From Bacteroidota bacterium (GTDB lineage Bacteria > Bacteroidota > Rhodothermia > Rhodothermales > UBA10348), in the NCBI GenBank assembly GCA_029262855.1, contig JAJCYP010000115.1, positions 119 through 64,118 of the forward strand: a DNA stretch of 64,000 nucleotides. Direction: 5' to 3'. The notes under the pieces were generated by a model that saw only the letters and a list, made by a program, of their open reading frames with translations, made no database searches and was not told where the DNA came from. The position numbers and the translations under genes were made by a program. Below are positions 1 through 10,014 of this stretch, one piece after another (within the stretch, counting starts at the first letter, position 1; the number at the start of each line of letters is the position of its first letter).

Positions 1-431
1 AGGTCGTGCTACGAGCGGAGACCATCTGGGCCATTGGTATCTGCTCACCGGCCGAGATCGATAGGTGGAATATCCTCCGCGCCTCGCTCGAGGCCATGAA
101 TCGGGCCATCACGGGACTGCGCCTACAGCCCGACTTCCTGCTGGTCGACGGCAATCAGGCGTTGCCCGCCGCGCATTGCCGGCAGCAGACGGTGATCAAG
201 GGCGATGCCCGGAGCCTCTCCATCGCGGCGGCGTCGGTGCTGGCCAAAGTGGAGCGTGACCGGATCATGGCCGAACTGGATGCCCAGCACCCGGAATTTG
301 GCTGGGCCTCGAATGTGGGATATCCCACTGCCGACCACTTCGACGCATTGACCAGACTGGGCCCGACCCCACACCATCGCCGGACCTTTCGCCTCAGGCT
401 TGAGGACAGGTCCCAGGGGAGCCTGTTTTGA
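1..431 (+). CDS. rnhB: Ribonuclease HII (5' end cut by window edge)
   Basis: Motifs EIDxxNIL, LLVDGN, IKGDxxSLSIAAASVLAKVERD, GYPTxxH, PHHRRTF; the N-terminal GxDEAG motif is absent, so the ORF is partial. Confidence 0.95.
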   Translation, partial: VVLRAETIWAIGICSPAEIDRWNILRASLEAMNRAITGLRLQPDFLLVDGNQALPAAHCRQQTVIKGDARSLSIAAASVLAKVERDRIMAELDAQHPEFGWASNVGYPTADHFDALTRLGPTPHHRRTFRLRLEDRSQGSLF

Positions 432-1450
432 CGGAGCATCCCAGGGTATCGGTCATCGTTGTCTCGTGGAACGCGCGTCCGCTGCTGGAGCGTTGCCTGC
501 CGAGCGTAGTCGCTACGGACTACCCCAACCTGGAGATCGTTCTCGCCGACAACGGGTCGACGGACGACTCGGTGGCCTGGGTAAAGGCTACCTACCCCTC
601 CGTCCGCGTTATTTCGATGGGCGAGAACCTGGGCTTCTGCCGCGGCAACAATCGGGCAATCGCGGAGACGGACTCGCCGTTCGTCGTCCTCCTCAATAAC
701 GACGTCGAGGTCGAACCGGACTGGCTGGGACACCTGATCACCAGGGCAGAGACGGACCGGGCCATCGCCGCCATTCAGCCGAAACTGCTCCAGTTCGAGG
801 ACCACGGGCGGTTCGAGTATGCCGGGGCCTCAGGGGGCCACATCGATCGGCTTGGCTATCCGTTTGCACGTGGCCGGGTCTTCTTCGAGTTGGAGGACGA
901 TGCGGGGCAGTATGACGATGCCACGGATGTCTTCTGGGCGACCGGTGCTGCGCTGCTGCTCAGACGCGATGCCCTGGACCGGGTAGGCCTCCTTGACGAG
1001 GCCTTCGAGTTCCACATGGAGGAGATCGACCTGTGCTGGCGATTGCGCTCGGCCGGCTACCGCGTTATGGTCGAGCCGCGATCGAGAGTCTTTCACATTG
1101 GAGGCGGATCCCTCCCCAAGGAATCGCTGCGGAAGACGGCCTACAACTTCCGAAACAGCCTGCTCATGCTGTACAAGAATCTCCCGCCGTCTCGGTGGAG
1201 GCGGGTGTTTCCGCAGCGTCTGGTCATGGACGGCCTGGCGCTGCTCCGCTTTCTGGGTCTTGGAGAGTTCGCACAGGCGGGCTCGGTTCTTAGGGCCTAT
1301 TGGCAGGCCCATCGGATGAAGTCCGCCTACACGCGCCCGGCTGAGGGCCAGGTTGTGGCCCCCTCCTATGCCAAGAGCATCGTCACCGACTACTACCTCC
1401 GAAAAAAGCGCCGCTTCACCGACCTGGCCCCCGAGGACTTCCGGCTTTAG
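428..1450 (+). CDS. Glycosyltransferase family 2
   Basis: VSVIVVSWN, DNGSTD, NLGFxxGNN, LLNND, EEIDLCWR; TTG start overlaps the rnhB stop. Confidence 0.92.
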   Translation: MTEHPRVSVIVVSWNARPLLERCLPSVVATDYPNLEIVLADNGSTDDSVAWVKATYPSVRVISMGENLGFCRGNNRAIAETDSPFVVLLNNDVEVEPDWLGHLITRAETDRAIAAIQPKLLQFEDHGRFEYAGASGGHIDRLGYPFARGRVFFELEDDAGQYDDATDVFWATGAALLLRRDALDRVGLLDEAFEFHMEEIDLCWRLRSAGYRVMVEPRSRVFHIGGGSLPKESLRKTAYNFRNSLLMLYKNLPPSRWRRVFPQRLVMDGLALLRFLGLGEFAQAGSVLRAYWQAHRMKSAYTRPAEGQVVAPSYAKSIVTDYYLRKKRRFTDLAPEDFRL

Positions 1451-2364
1451 ACCGCAACCACCGGATCCTCAGGCGCCGCAAGGGTGCTCCCCACGGCCAC
1501 CAGAATCAAGACCATCCCAACGACGGCAACGGGGCCGGGAATTTCGTCGAACAGCAGCATTCCGAGCGCCGCCGCGCCAATGGGCTCGAGCAGACTCACC
1601 AGGCCCAGGAAGGCGGCCGGGTAGAACTTGACGGCGAAGTTGAATGAGCCGTGACCCAGGATCTGCGGCAGCAAGGCCATCGCCCCGCAGAGCAGGTAGA
1701 TGTAAACGGGGTACCCGGTCAGCGGAGTCCCGCTTCCCACAGCGAAAATGACGGTGGTCATGCCGGCGACCACGTAAAGTGGGAACACGTAGGGTAACCA
1801 GTCTACCCGTCGCCGCACCACACGGCCGATCAACAAATACAGCGCCCAGACGACGGCCGCCAGCAGGGCGAGTGCGTTCCCCAGCATGGGATTCCCCGCG
1901 ATGGGTGGGTGCGATTCCGAGTCCGCCAGCCCCAACACAATGCTTCCAGCAACGGCCACAAAGATGGCTATGGTAGTCCTGCGACTCAGCCGTTCGCCCA
2001 GGAACAGGAATCCAAAGAAGGCCATGAAGATGGGGCCGGTCGAAACCAGAACAGCGGCGCTCGCTACGCTGGTGTAGTAGATGGACGAGATCCACATCAC
2101 GAAGTGGAGACCGAGAAGGGCGCCGGCCAGGATGATCAGCCAGACGTCTCGACGCCCCAGTCCCTCCCAGGCCCGAAGCGTGGCTCTGGTTCCAAAGGGG
2201 GCAAGAATCCCAATCGCGATCGAAGTCCGGAGGGCCGCCACGGCCAGGCCCGGCGCCGCCGAAGCATATCGAACCAGAATGGCGCTGCCCGCAAAAGAAA
2301 GCACGCCGGCCATGACCAGCCAGAGAACCCAAGGCGGGCGGCTCTCAGGCCCGGGATGGTTCAC
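1447..2364 (-). CDS. DMT/EamA family transporter
   Basis: About 10 hydrophobic segments in two repeats, with FLGERLS and LLEPIGAA motifs; GTG at 2364 overlaps the upstream stop (GTGA), so the track start at 2673 is over-extended. Confidence 0.88.
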   Translation of the reverse strand: MNHPGPESRPPWVLWLVMAGVLSFAGSAILVRYASAAPGLAVAALRTSIAIGILAPFGTRATLRAWEGLGRRDVWLIILAGALLGLHFVMWISSIYYTSVASAAVLVSTGPIFMAFFGFLFLGERLSRRTTIAIFVAVAGSIVLGLADSESHPPIAGNPMLGNALALLAAVVWALYLLIGRVVRRRVDWLPYVFPLYVVAGMTTVIFAVGSGTPLTGYPVYIYLLCGAMALLPQILGHGSFNFAVKFYPAAFLGLVSLLEPIGAAALGMLLFDEIPGPVAVVGMVLILVAVGSTLAAPEDPVVAV

Positions 2365-2777
2365 CTGAGTCTGTCTACTGACTTCAGCAATTTGATGTCC
2401 GCATCCACCCCGCGACGGGCCAGCCAGAAGAACACGTACCCGACCAGGGGGAAAACGAGGATCAGCCAGCCGTCGATGGCCACCTCCTGAGTGCTCGGGA
2501 GCGTCCCGCTGGCGTTGAGCCCCAGCAGGACGACCACAAGGCAGACCAGCGTGACGTATTGGGTGAGCACAATCACTCGGCGCTGCCGACTGCGTCGGCT
2601 GTAGAGGAAAAGCGCCACAAGGCCCATCAAGGCCGCAAGGCCCATGGCGCCCGCAGCAGCGGGTACAAACCACGCGACAGCCTCGTGTGCTTCGCGGGTC
2701 AAATCGCCCAGGAGGAATGCCCCTGCGAGGGCAAGGACTCCGAGGATGAGGTAGACGCTCTGAATGCGCTGAATCAT
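2361..2777 (-). CDS. DUF4293 family membrane protein
   Basis: Characteristic termini MIQRIQSVYL and DIKLLKSVDRLR; 4 TM segments. Confidence 0.85.
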   Translation of the reverse strand: MIQRIQSVYLILGVLALAGAFLLGDLTREAHEAVAWFVPAAAGAMGLAALMGLVALFLYSRRSRQRRVIVLTQYVTLVCLVVVLLGLNASGTLPSTQEVAIDGWLILVFPLVGYVFFWLARRGVDADIKLLKSVDRLR

Positions 2778-2797
2778 GCCTTGTCGCTCAGGTTTGG

Positions 2798-3814
2798 TCA
2801 GACGTGCGCGGCAACGCGAGCCGCAAGATGGTCGGCAAATTCGGTGGTACTGCAGGGTCCACCCAGATCGCCCGTCAGGTACTTACCCTCGGTATATATC
2901 TCCATGATTCCCGCGTGCAGCGCCTCCGCCGCGGCGAACTCGCCCAGGTGAAGAAGCATCATCTCGGCGCTCCGGATGAGGGCCGTCGGGTTCGCTTTGT
3001 TCTGACCGGCGATGTCGGGCGCCGAGCCGTGTACGGCCTCAAACACCGCGTAATCCTCGCCGATGTTGGCGCCCGCGATTACGCCCAGGCCGCCGACCAG
3101 CCCGGCTGCGAGATCGCTGAGGATGTCGCCGAACAGATTGGTGGTGACGAGGCAGTCATACCGCTGGGGATGCATCACCAACTGCATGCACATGTTGTCG
3201 ACGATCCGGTCGTTGAACTCTATGCCGGGATACGCAGCGGCGACTTCCCGAGCCAGTCGCAGAAACATGCCCGATGTCAACTTGAGGATGTTCGCCTTGT
3301 GCACGACGGTCACCTGCTTGCGTCCCTGCCGCTTGGCGTATTCAAAACAGAAACGGATGATGCGCTCCGAGCCTACTTTGGAGATGCGCGCGATGGAGTC
3401 GGCGATGCCGTGGCGCTCATCGTAGGACTCGAGTCCGGAGTAAAGCCCTTCCGTGTTCTCACGGAAGATCACCATGTCGATATCCTTGAAGGGCGTCTTC
3501 AACCCCGGGAGCGACTTGGCTGGCCGGACATTCGCGAACAGGTCGAGCTTCTGACGAAGCTGGACGTTTACGCTCTTGAAGCCCTTTCCAACGGGCGTCG
3601 TCACGGGACCCTTGAGCGCCGTCTTGTTCCTGCGGATCGACTCCAGGACGGATTCCGGCAGGGGCTCGCCTCCTGCCTCGACGGAATCCGCACCCACCTT
3701 ATCCTGATGATCCCAGTGAAACGCACAGCCCGTGGCTTCGAGGACCTGAACGGTGGCGGCCGTCACCTCAGGACCGATGCCGTCGCCGGGAATCAGAGTA
3801 ATACGATAGGCCAT
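2798..3814 (-). CDS. Isocitrate/isopropylmalate dehydrogenase family, probably NAD-dependent isocitrate dehydrogenase
   Basis: [67 protein letters not shown]. Confidence 0.9.
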   Translation of the reverse strand: MAYRITLIPGDGIGPEVTAATVQVLEATGCAFHWDHQDKVGADSVEAGGEPLPESVLESIRRNKTALKGPVTTPVGKGFKSVNVQLRQKLDLFANVRPAKSLPGLKTPFKDIDMVIFRENTEGLYSGLESYDERHGIADSIARISKVGSERIIRFCFEYAKRQGRKQVTVVHKANILKLTSGMFLRLAREVAAAYPGIEFNDRIVDNMCMQLVMHPQRYDCLVTTNLFGDILSDLAAGLVGGLGVIAGANIGEDYAVFEAVHGSAPDIAGQNKANPTALIRSAEMMLLHLGEFAAAEALHAGIMEIYTEGKYLTGDLGGPCSTTEFADHLAARVAAHV

Positions 3815-3857
3815 GAATCAGTCGGATTGAGGTTCGAAACGGGAGAAAACAAGCTAG

Positions 3858-3892
3858 CAAAAGAAAAGGCCCTACCGGAGCAGGGCCTTTTC
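3858..3892 (-). terminator. Intrinsic terminator of the exbB-exbD operon
   Basis: Inverted repeat AAAAGGCCCT-N8-AGGGCCTTTT (3864-3891); on the minus strand the stem is followed by TTTTCTTTT. Confidence 0.8.
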
Positions 3893-3936
3893 AATTCTGA
3901 GCCAATCTTGCGGTGGGCTGCCTGGCGGCACCCGGG

Positions 3937-4389
3937 TCAGGTTCTGACCAGCCGCTTGGTTGAGTAATTGATGCGAAGCGTTCCGGCCTCCCGCAGCTCC
4001 TGCTGCACATCCAGAACCGTACCCATCTCCGACTCCTGATCGACACGCAGCGAGACAATCAGACGCGGCTGCTCGACGAGCTTCCGGTACATGATGGTCC
4101 GCACGTTGGTAACGTCCTCCACGAGGGCATCGTCAATCTGGACCATGGTCTCACCAATTCGGACCGCATCGAGCTTCCGGGGACCGATCCAGATGTACGA
4201 CACGAGCCGCTTCTGATCGATCTTGGTGATGGCTTCCGCCTGCGGCAGAAGCGTACGAACCTGGACCGTTTGCTCCCTCAACACGGTAGTGACCATGAAG
4301 AAGATCAACAGCATGAAGATGATATCCGGGAGCGAAGCGGTTGGGATTTCCTGCTTCGTGGTAGCCTTCTTCTTAAAGTGCCCCGACAT
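3937..4389 (-). CDS. exbD: Biopolymer transporter ExbD
   Basis: IPTASLPDIIFMLLIFFMVTT TM motif with the conserved Asp; LRVDQ...V..ELR periplasmic domain. Confidence 0.9.
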   Translation of the reverse strand: MSGHFKKKATTKQEIPTASLPDIIFMLLIFFMVTTVLREQTVQVRTLLPQAEAITKIDQKRLVSYIWIGPRKLDAVRIGETMVQIDDALVEDVTNVRTIMYRKLVEQPRLIVSLRVDQESEMGTVLDVQQELREAGTLRINYSTKRLVRT

Positions 4390-4428
4390 ATATCGCGGTA
4401 GTCAAAAGATTATTGAGGGATTCCGAGG

Positions 4429-4992
4429 TCAGCCGGCGGCAGCATCAGGCTCGGCAATTGAAATGGCCGGCTTGATCTTGTCACGGATCTGATTCTCAGC
4501 GCCGTTTATTTCGATGGCCTCGACGTACGAGGTGTAGTCGGAATAACCGAGCGCGCGTGCTTCAGAATCCCACATCTCGAAATACGCCATCCACACCTCG
4601 TCGAGAACCTCGACGTAGTTGTTGTAGGGCGTCTGTCGAGCCGTCTTGATCGAGACCAACGCCTTGTTCGGAGCCTCCGAGTAGGCGATATCCTGACCGT
4701 TGTTCAGGACGTGTTTCTTGACTTCGCCACGAACCTGGTCAGCGGCAGACGGCTTGTCCTCCAGGAGGACCATGCCGGTCTCGTTGACCAGAATCTTGAG
4801 GACGTTGCGCTCCTTGATCGGCGGCGGCTCCACGTCTTCTTCCAACTTCGGCGGAAGCACCATACCAATGCCGGTGTCGACATCGATCGTGGTGGTCACC
4901 AGGAAGAAGATGAGCAGCAGAAACGCGATATCCGCCATCGATGACGTCGGAATCTCCGGCTCGGTGCGCCCCTTTTTCTTTAATAGTGCCAT
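4429..4992 (-). CDS. exbD: Biopolymer transporter ExbD (second paralogue)
   Basis: [22 protein letters not shown] motif. Confidence 0.9.
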   Translation of the reverse strand: MALLKKKGRTEPEIPTSSMADIAFLLLIFFLVTTTIDVDTGIGMVLPPKLEEDVEPPPIKERNVLKILVNETGMVLLEDKPSAADQVRGEVKKHVLNNGQDIAYSEAPNKALVSIKTARQTPYNNYVEVLDEVWMAYFEMWDSEARALGYSDYTSYVEAIEINGAENQIRDKIKPAISIAEPDAAAG

Positions 4993-5039
4993 GAGTCGTA
5001 GTGGATGTGAATGCTAACTGATGAGACTCAGGGGTACGA

Positions 5040-5312
5040 TCAGTTGATGATACCCCGAAGTCCCGACAGCAGGAGTGACCCCGTGGCCAACACCAAAGCA
5101 ATCAGAACCGTGTAGATAGCGGCTGCTGACCAGTCGCCCAACACAAACCCGAGCACACCAAGCAGGACGATCGGGATGCCCGACAGAACTACCGTCATGA
5201 GGTTGACTTTGCCGTGGGCGAGGTTCCGAATGCCGAAGACGACAATCGCGAGCAATCCCAGCCCGACCAGGGCAAGCACCAGATAGATGGTGTAGGGAAC
5301 CATGGTTTCCAT
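5040..5312 (-). CDS. Small 3-TM membrane protein of the exbB-exbD-exbD operon
   Basis: Very hydrophobic 90 aa ORF with AAGGAGG SD upstream, lying between exbB and exbD. Confidence 0.8.
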   Translation of the reverse strand: METMVPYTIYLVLALVGLGLLAIVVFGIRNLAHGKVNLMTVVLSGIPIVLLGVLGFVLGDWSAAAIYTVLIALVLATGSLLLSGLRGIIN

Positions 5313-5343
5313 AAAGGACCTCCTTGGTTTAGATGGTTCGTGA

Positions 5344-6045
5344 TTAGGCGCTTTCGGTCACTGGGCGACCTGCCTGCATGAGAACGAGAGAATCGATCAG
5401 CTCAATCGAAGCCTCTTCCATGTCAATCACGATGCGATCCACCTTGGACACCACGTAGTTGTAGAAGAACTGCAGGATGATGGCCGTGATCAGACCGAAC
5501 ACCGTGGTGAGCAGCGCGACCTTGATACCACCAGCCACGAGGCTTGGAGAGATATCACCGGCCTGCTCAATGGCGTCAAAGGCCTCGACCATTCCAACAA
5601 CCGTCCCGAGGAACCCGAACATGGGTGCAATGGAAATGAACAGAGACAGCCAAACCAGGCCTCGCTCGAGGAAGCTCATCTCGATGGAGCCGTAGGAAAC
5701 GACAGCCTTTTCGACGGCTTCGATTCCTTCGTCGTGACGAAGAAGGCCGGCCTGGAAGACGGCCGCAACCGGTCCACGCGTGTTGGCGCAGACTTCCTCG
5801 GCAGCAGAGATACCACCCTCTTCGAGGGCGCCCTTCACGTTGACAATGAACTTACGCGTATTGATATCCGCGCGGTTGAGCGTGATGATGCGCTCGAAGG
5901 CGATCGCGAGGCCGACGATCAAACAAATGAGAACCGGCCACATGTACTCGCCGCCCTCATTGAACCGGCCTACGAGTACGTTGACGAAGCCGTCGTCGGC
6001 AGCCACTTCCTGTGGCAGCATGAGGAGCAGACTGTAAAGATTCAT
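5344..6045 (-). CDS. exbB: MotA/TolQ/ExbB proton channel protein
   Basis: APMFGFLGTVVGM and GIKVALLTTVFGL motifs; AGGAGG SD upstream. Confidence 0.93.
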   Translation of the reverse strand: MNLYSLLLMLPQEVAADDGFVNVLVGRFNEGGEYMWPVLICLIVGLAIAFERIITLNRADINTRKFIVNVKGALEEGGISAAEEVCANTRGPVAAVFQAGLLRHDEGIEAVEKAVVSYGSIEMSFLERGLVWLSLFISIAPMFGFLGTVVGMVEAFDAIEQAGDISPSLVAGGIKVALLTTVFGLITAIILQFFYNYVVSKVDRIVIDMEEASIELIDSLVLMQAGRPVTESA

Positions 6046-6191
6046 GGACGCTTTCCCTCCTGGAGCGTGATTTTGATTTGCGTTCCGAAAGCCAAGCGGC
6101 TCTGACCGATGCTTGGCCGGGCCGAACTTAACTGGCTCATCCTTGAATGTAAGCCTCAGACGTTGTGGGTGGGGTGCCGAGGCGGTCCAAA

Positions 6192-6220
6192 ATGATATTC
6201 AACGTTTGAGGAATTGTCAA
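6192..6220 (-). promoter_or_regulatory. Sigma70-type promoter of the exbB operon
   Basis: Minus strand TTGACA (6220-6215), 17 nt spacer, TATCAT (6197-6192), about 145 nt upstream of the exbB ATG. Confidence 0.7.
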
Positions 6221-6417
6221 TCGAACGAAGGGAACCAGATCTGGAACTTCGGCCGGCGGCAATATTCGGCGCTCGAGCTCCCTGCCCCGGCCCTTCAATT
6301 ACTAGACACGCGACATCGGATCGAGTTGCCGTGCGTCGGGACCACGAAACACGGGCACCTGATTTATTGGCGGCCCTGATCCCGCGGCAAGCCCGTAAAC
6401 TAGGGGAGTGACCCCGG

Positions 6418-8073
6418 TTACCGCGCGGTGTAGGAATCCGCCAGATCTCCGGCGGCACCCCAATAATTCGTGGCGGTCTGGAGCGTCTGGTCGACAGGAT
6501 GGAAGGCCGGGTACCACCCGGACTGATCGAAGAGTCTCCGGGCGATTCTCCCTTTCAGGAGGGCCTTGAGTCCTTCTTCGTCGATTTCTTCGCGTGAAAT
6601 TTCACCCCCTGACTCCTGGGTGTCCCCCAGAAGATCCCGCTTCCGGGCGAACGCGTAGAGGTCATCGAGGTCTTTCGATGTGATCTGGAAGCCGGCTGTA
6701 AACGCCCAGAGGTCGCGGTCGAACGCGTCGTAGACCCGGCGTCCATTCAAGTCCAGCCAACCGCGAACGAAGTCGCGCTCGTGTGCGCCCCGGAGGATCG
6801 CCCTGGTGAACGTGTCCAGCGTGTCCTCGCGGATGATGTAGTCCGGCAGAATTCCTCCCCCGGCAATGACGGTCCGCCCGGATGACGTCCGGTACTTGAG
6901 GGAATCGGCCACCTCGGCGATCAAATCGGCGAGTGCCAGCGCTCCATCGTGCCGCTGCAGCTCTCTCTTTTCCTCCAGATAGGCAGAGCGGTCTCCGCTC
7001 TCATAGGCCGTTTGGATGAGCCGCCCCGAGGGCGTGTAGTAGCGCGCGACGGTCACCCGCAGCGCACTGCCGTCATTCAGGGCGAACTGGTTCTGAACCA
7101 GCCCCTTCCCGAACGTCCGCTTGCCCACAATCAAGGCGCGGTCGTGATCCTGCAGGGCGCCGGCGACAATCTCGCTTGCCGAGGCAGAGGTCGGACCGAC
7201 GAGCACAATAACGGGACCCTCCTCCCATAACCCCCCGTCGGTGGCGTGGAAGGCATCGTTCGTATCCGCAGTGCGGCCCTTCTGGGACACAATCAGTTGC
7301 CCGTCGGAAAGGAATTCGTCACTTACACGGACCGCCATGGACATATATCCGCCACCATTGCCACGGAGGTCCAGAATCAGCCGTTCCATCCCTTGCGACT
7401 TCAGCGTCCGAAGTGCCCTGCGGAATTCGGAATGCGTCGTGCGGGCGAAGCGGTTCAGCTTGATGTAGCCGGTCTCGCCGTTCATCATGTAGGCGATGTC
7501 CAGTGTGACGATGGGCACCTTGTCCCGGACGATCCGAACGTTGAAAGGCTCGGCGATGCCAGGCCGACGGATGGTGACTTCCACCTCGGAACCCCCCGGA
7601 CCCTTCAAATTGTTTCGCACCTGCTCATCGTTGAAGCCTATCGCGGATTGGCCGTCGACCGCAATGATGCGATCGCTTGTAAAGAGACCAGCCGCCTCGC
7701 TGGGCCCACCGGGAATCACAGACACCACCGAGATGGTGTCCTGTCCTTCCGACTGCTCAATCAGGTCATAGGAAATTCCGATACCCTCGAAGGAAGCATC
7801 GAACTGCTCAGTCTCGCGTCGCATGCGCTCGGCATCGAAGTACAGGGAATGCGGATCTAGCGCTCCCAGCATGCCAGTGATGGCGTCTTCGGCCATCTTT
7901 TCGTGATCCACATCCTCCACGTATCGCTGGGCGATGAGCACGAAGGCATCCTCGACCTTTCTGAGCGATTTCGAAAGATCGCTGTCGAACACCACCGAGC
8001 CCAGCTGCACACCAGCCAGTATTCCAGCCGTGAGAATCAACAATCCGAACGTAAGGAGGCGACGCGTGGTCAT
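6418..8073 (-). CDS. S41 family carboxy-terminal processing protease
   Basis: LDPHS, FEGIGI PDZ motif, LILDLRGNGGG, SASASEIVAGALQD, TFGKG, YYTPSGR. Confidence 0.95.
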   Translation of the reverse strand: MTTRRLLTFGLLILTAGILAGVQLGSVVFDSDLSKSLRKVEDAFVLIAQRYVEDVDHEKMAEDAITGMLGALDPHSLYFDAERMRRETEQFDASFEGIGISYDLIEQSEGQDTISVVSVIPGGPSEAAGLFTSDRIIAVDGQSAIGFNDEQVRNNLKGPGGSEVEVTIRRPGIAEPFNVRIVRDKVPIVTLDIAYMMNGETGYIKLNRFARTTHSEFRRALRTLKSQGMERLILDLRGNGGGYMSMAVRVSDEFLSDGQLIVSQKGRTADTNDAFHATDGGLWEEGPVIVLVGPTSASASEIVAGALQDHDRALIVGKRTFGKGLVQNQFALNDGSALRVTVARYYTPSGRLIQTAYESGDRSAYLEEKRELQRHDGALALADLIAEVADSLKYRTSSGRTVIAGGGILPDYIIREDTLDTFTRAILRGAHERDFVRGWLDLNGRRVYDAFDRDLWAFTAGFQITSKDLDDLYAFARKRDLLGDTQESGGEISREEIDEEGLKALLKGRIARRLFDQSGWYPAFHPVDQTLQTATNYWGAAGDLADSYTAR

Positions 8074-8117
8074 GAGGAGGCGTGTTTATGCAATTGGCGT
8101 AACGGGATCTCCGGTCC

Positions 8118-9995
8118 GTGGGATCCCCGAATGACGCACTTCAGGCGACCGTCCACGCCGTACCTTTCGCGACCCACCGCGTCCAGCCTTCGAGATCAGA
8201 CTCCCCGCCCTTGCGAACCGTACTGCTGACATTCTTTTGGACGCTGCTCGGTCTTGTTGTGGTTGTAGCCGCTGCCTGGCACCTGGCCTTTCAGCGTGGC
8301 GATGAGCCCGCATCGCGAATAACGGCCCCTGTAATGGGCGAGGCCACTATATCATGGATCGACGGTCCGGACGCCGTCATTAGTCTCGCCTCGGCTCAAG
8401 ACGGCGAAACGGCACTCGGAGTTGCGCACGCCCTTGAAAGGCCCTGGCTGATGGCGCTCTACCGCCAGGCGGCATTGGGACGCCTCTCGGAATGGTTTGG
8501 GCCCGAGACCGTTGGACTGGACCGACACGTCCGGCAGTTGGGGATTCCCGACGTCATACCAGATTCACTCGACAGCCAGACACGGCTGGCTCTTCAGCGC
8601 TATGCGGCGGGCGTCCGGGCTGGCCAGTCCGAGCAGAGCTGGGACCTCCTTCCAGCCGCGGTGGCTGCCGGGTTCTCACCTGAACCCTGGCAGGAAGGTC
8701 ACACACTCGCCGTTGAGCGGCTCTTTTCCTGGCTGTCAACGGTCCTTGTCGCGAGCGACTCCGTTGGTACGGCCCCTTTTGAAATTCGGCGCGACTCCCT
8801 GGCCGCCTTTCTGGGCCTCGGGGATATGGACCAGGCCGTGGTTTGGATTACAGAACAGGAGGGCCTGTACGCGCGACTTCCCGTTGGGAACTCAGGGCTG
8901 CCTCCGATCATGTCCGTCGCCATCAGCGTCGGCCAGCGACTGGTGTACGAAGGCGCCACGCTTCCGGGCCTTCCCTACCGCTTCTGCGGGCGGAGCGAGA
9001 CCGACTCGTGGTGCAAGCCGCTCACGTCAGAAGCGACGGTGGCCCGGGATTCCACGGTGATCCCGGCCGAGTACTTCGCCATTGATCTCGCGGACGGCAG
9101 CCGAGCCATCGGCACACGGCGCCGGACCGCCCGTGGGTTGGTTGACGCCGGGGTCCATCTTGAGTGGCCGGGCCTCTCCGTTCAATCGGATGCCGCCGCC
9201 TGGACGCGCCTGCCCGAACCCGGCTCGTTCGCCCTCGCCACCACTTCCGGGCTCCTCCTTTCCCCGGCTGGGATGCGGATTCTCGGGACCTCATCCATTC
9301 AGACAGGCACGGTCCTGGCCACGGGTCTTGCCGATGGCATCGAAGAACTGGTGGCCCGCATCGATGCGGTAGATGACACACTGACGAGAGCCGAGTACCT
9401 GCTCCTGGACACGGGCAGCGTCCTCACGGAGGCTCGATCCAGGGTTGCGCCTGGACAGGCGCCGGCAGGCGTCGACTCGCTCTCGGGCCTCCCTATAACA
9501 GATCCCGGATCACTGTCTTACGTCCGGAACTGGGACGGCCGATTCGCTTCTGCGTCCATTGCCGCGACGCTCTACGACGCCACCGCGGCCTTTGGCCCCG
9601 CGGCAAGCGATTCCCTGCTCCGCTGGTTTGGGTCAGACCGGAGGGTCTGGCGATGGGAGTTGGACCCGCTCCTCCGATTGCAGTATCCCGGGGCGAAAGC
9701 CGGAGGCCTGCCGATCCGATATGGAGAGGTGGAGTGGCGGCGAAACGGACACCCGACCGCACCGTCCTGGGGGCCGAGCCGGAGTTTCGAGCCCGGCCGA
9801 CAGATTCCGTTCAGCGCGGCCTGGGAGGCCTATCTGGGTCGGCCGCAGGTGCCTGCCCCAGTCAGATACCGGCGGCCCACCGTGCCATACGGCCAGTTTC
9901 TTGGCCGATCGCGGGCTGCTCCGGTTCGGACGGACATGACCACGCTGTCTGGCCGGCCGATTACTTCTCAAACACGGATTCGCCCGGGACGCTGA
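8118..9995 (+). CDS. Penicillin acylase-like (Ntn-hydrolase family) protein, apparently degenerate; start uncertain
   Basis: N-terminal TM, then ALGVAHAxER...RQAALGRLSEWFG...LDRHVRQLG (acylase alpha-chain-like), GATLPGLP, and RNWDG...SIAATLY; no GSNxW autoproteolysis motif. Confidence 0.65.
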   Translation: MGSPNDALQATVHAVPFATHRVQPSRSDSPPLRTVLLTFFWTLLGLVVVVAAAWHLAFQRGDEPASRITAPVMGEATISWIDGPDAVISLASAQDGETALGVAHALERPWLMALYRQAALGRLSEWFGPETVGLDRHVRQLGIPDVIPDSLDSQTRLALQRYAAGVRAGQSEQSWDLLPAAVAAGFSPEPWQEGHTLAVERLFSWLSTVLVASDSVGTAPFEIRRDSLAAFLGLGDMDQAVVWITEQEGLYARLPVGNSGLPPIMSVAISVGQRLVYEGATLPGLPYRFCGRSETDSWCKPLTSEATVARDSTVIPAEYFAIDLADGSRAIGTRRRTARGLVDAGVHLEWPGLSVQSDAAAWTRLPEPGSFALATTSGLLLSPAGMRILGTSSIQTGTVLATGLADGIEELVARIDAVDDTLTRAEYLLLDTGSVLTEARSRVAPGQAPAGVDSLSGLPITDPGSLSYVRNWDGRFASASIAATLYDATAAFGPAASDSLLRWFGSDRRVWRWELDPLLRLQYPGAKAGGLPIRYGEVEWRRNGHPTAPSWGPSRSFEPGRQIPFSAAWEAYLGRPQVPAPVRYRRPTVPYGQFLGRSRAAPVRTDMTTLSGRPITSQTRIRPGR

Positions 9996-10014
9996 TCAGC
10001 AACGCGCTGATCAG

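Noticed and set aside
2365-2673. N-terminal 100-aa extension of the EamA ORF (track 1447..2673)
   Set aside because: It overlaps the DUF4293 gene in another frame; a GTG at 2364 coupled to the DUF4293 stop gives a normal-sized transporter
6230-6417. Possible tRNA in the gap upstream of exbB
   Set aside because: No T-arm GTTCRA motif or cloverleaf on either strand
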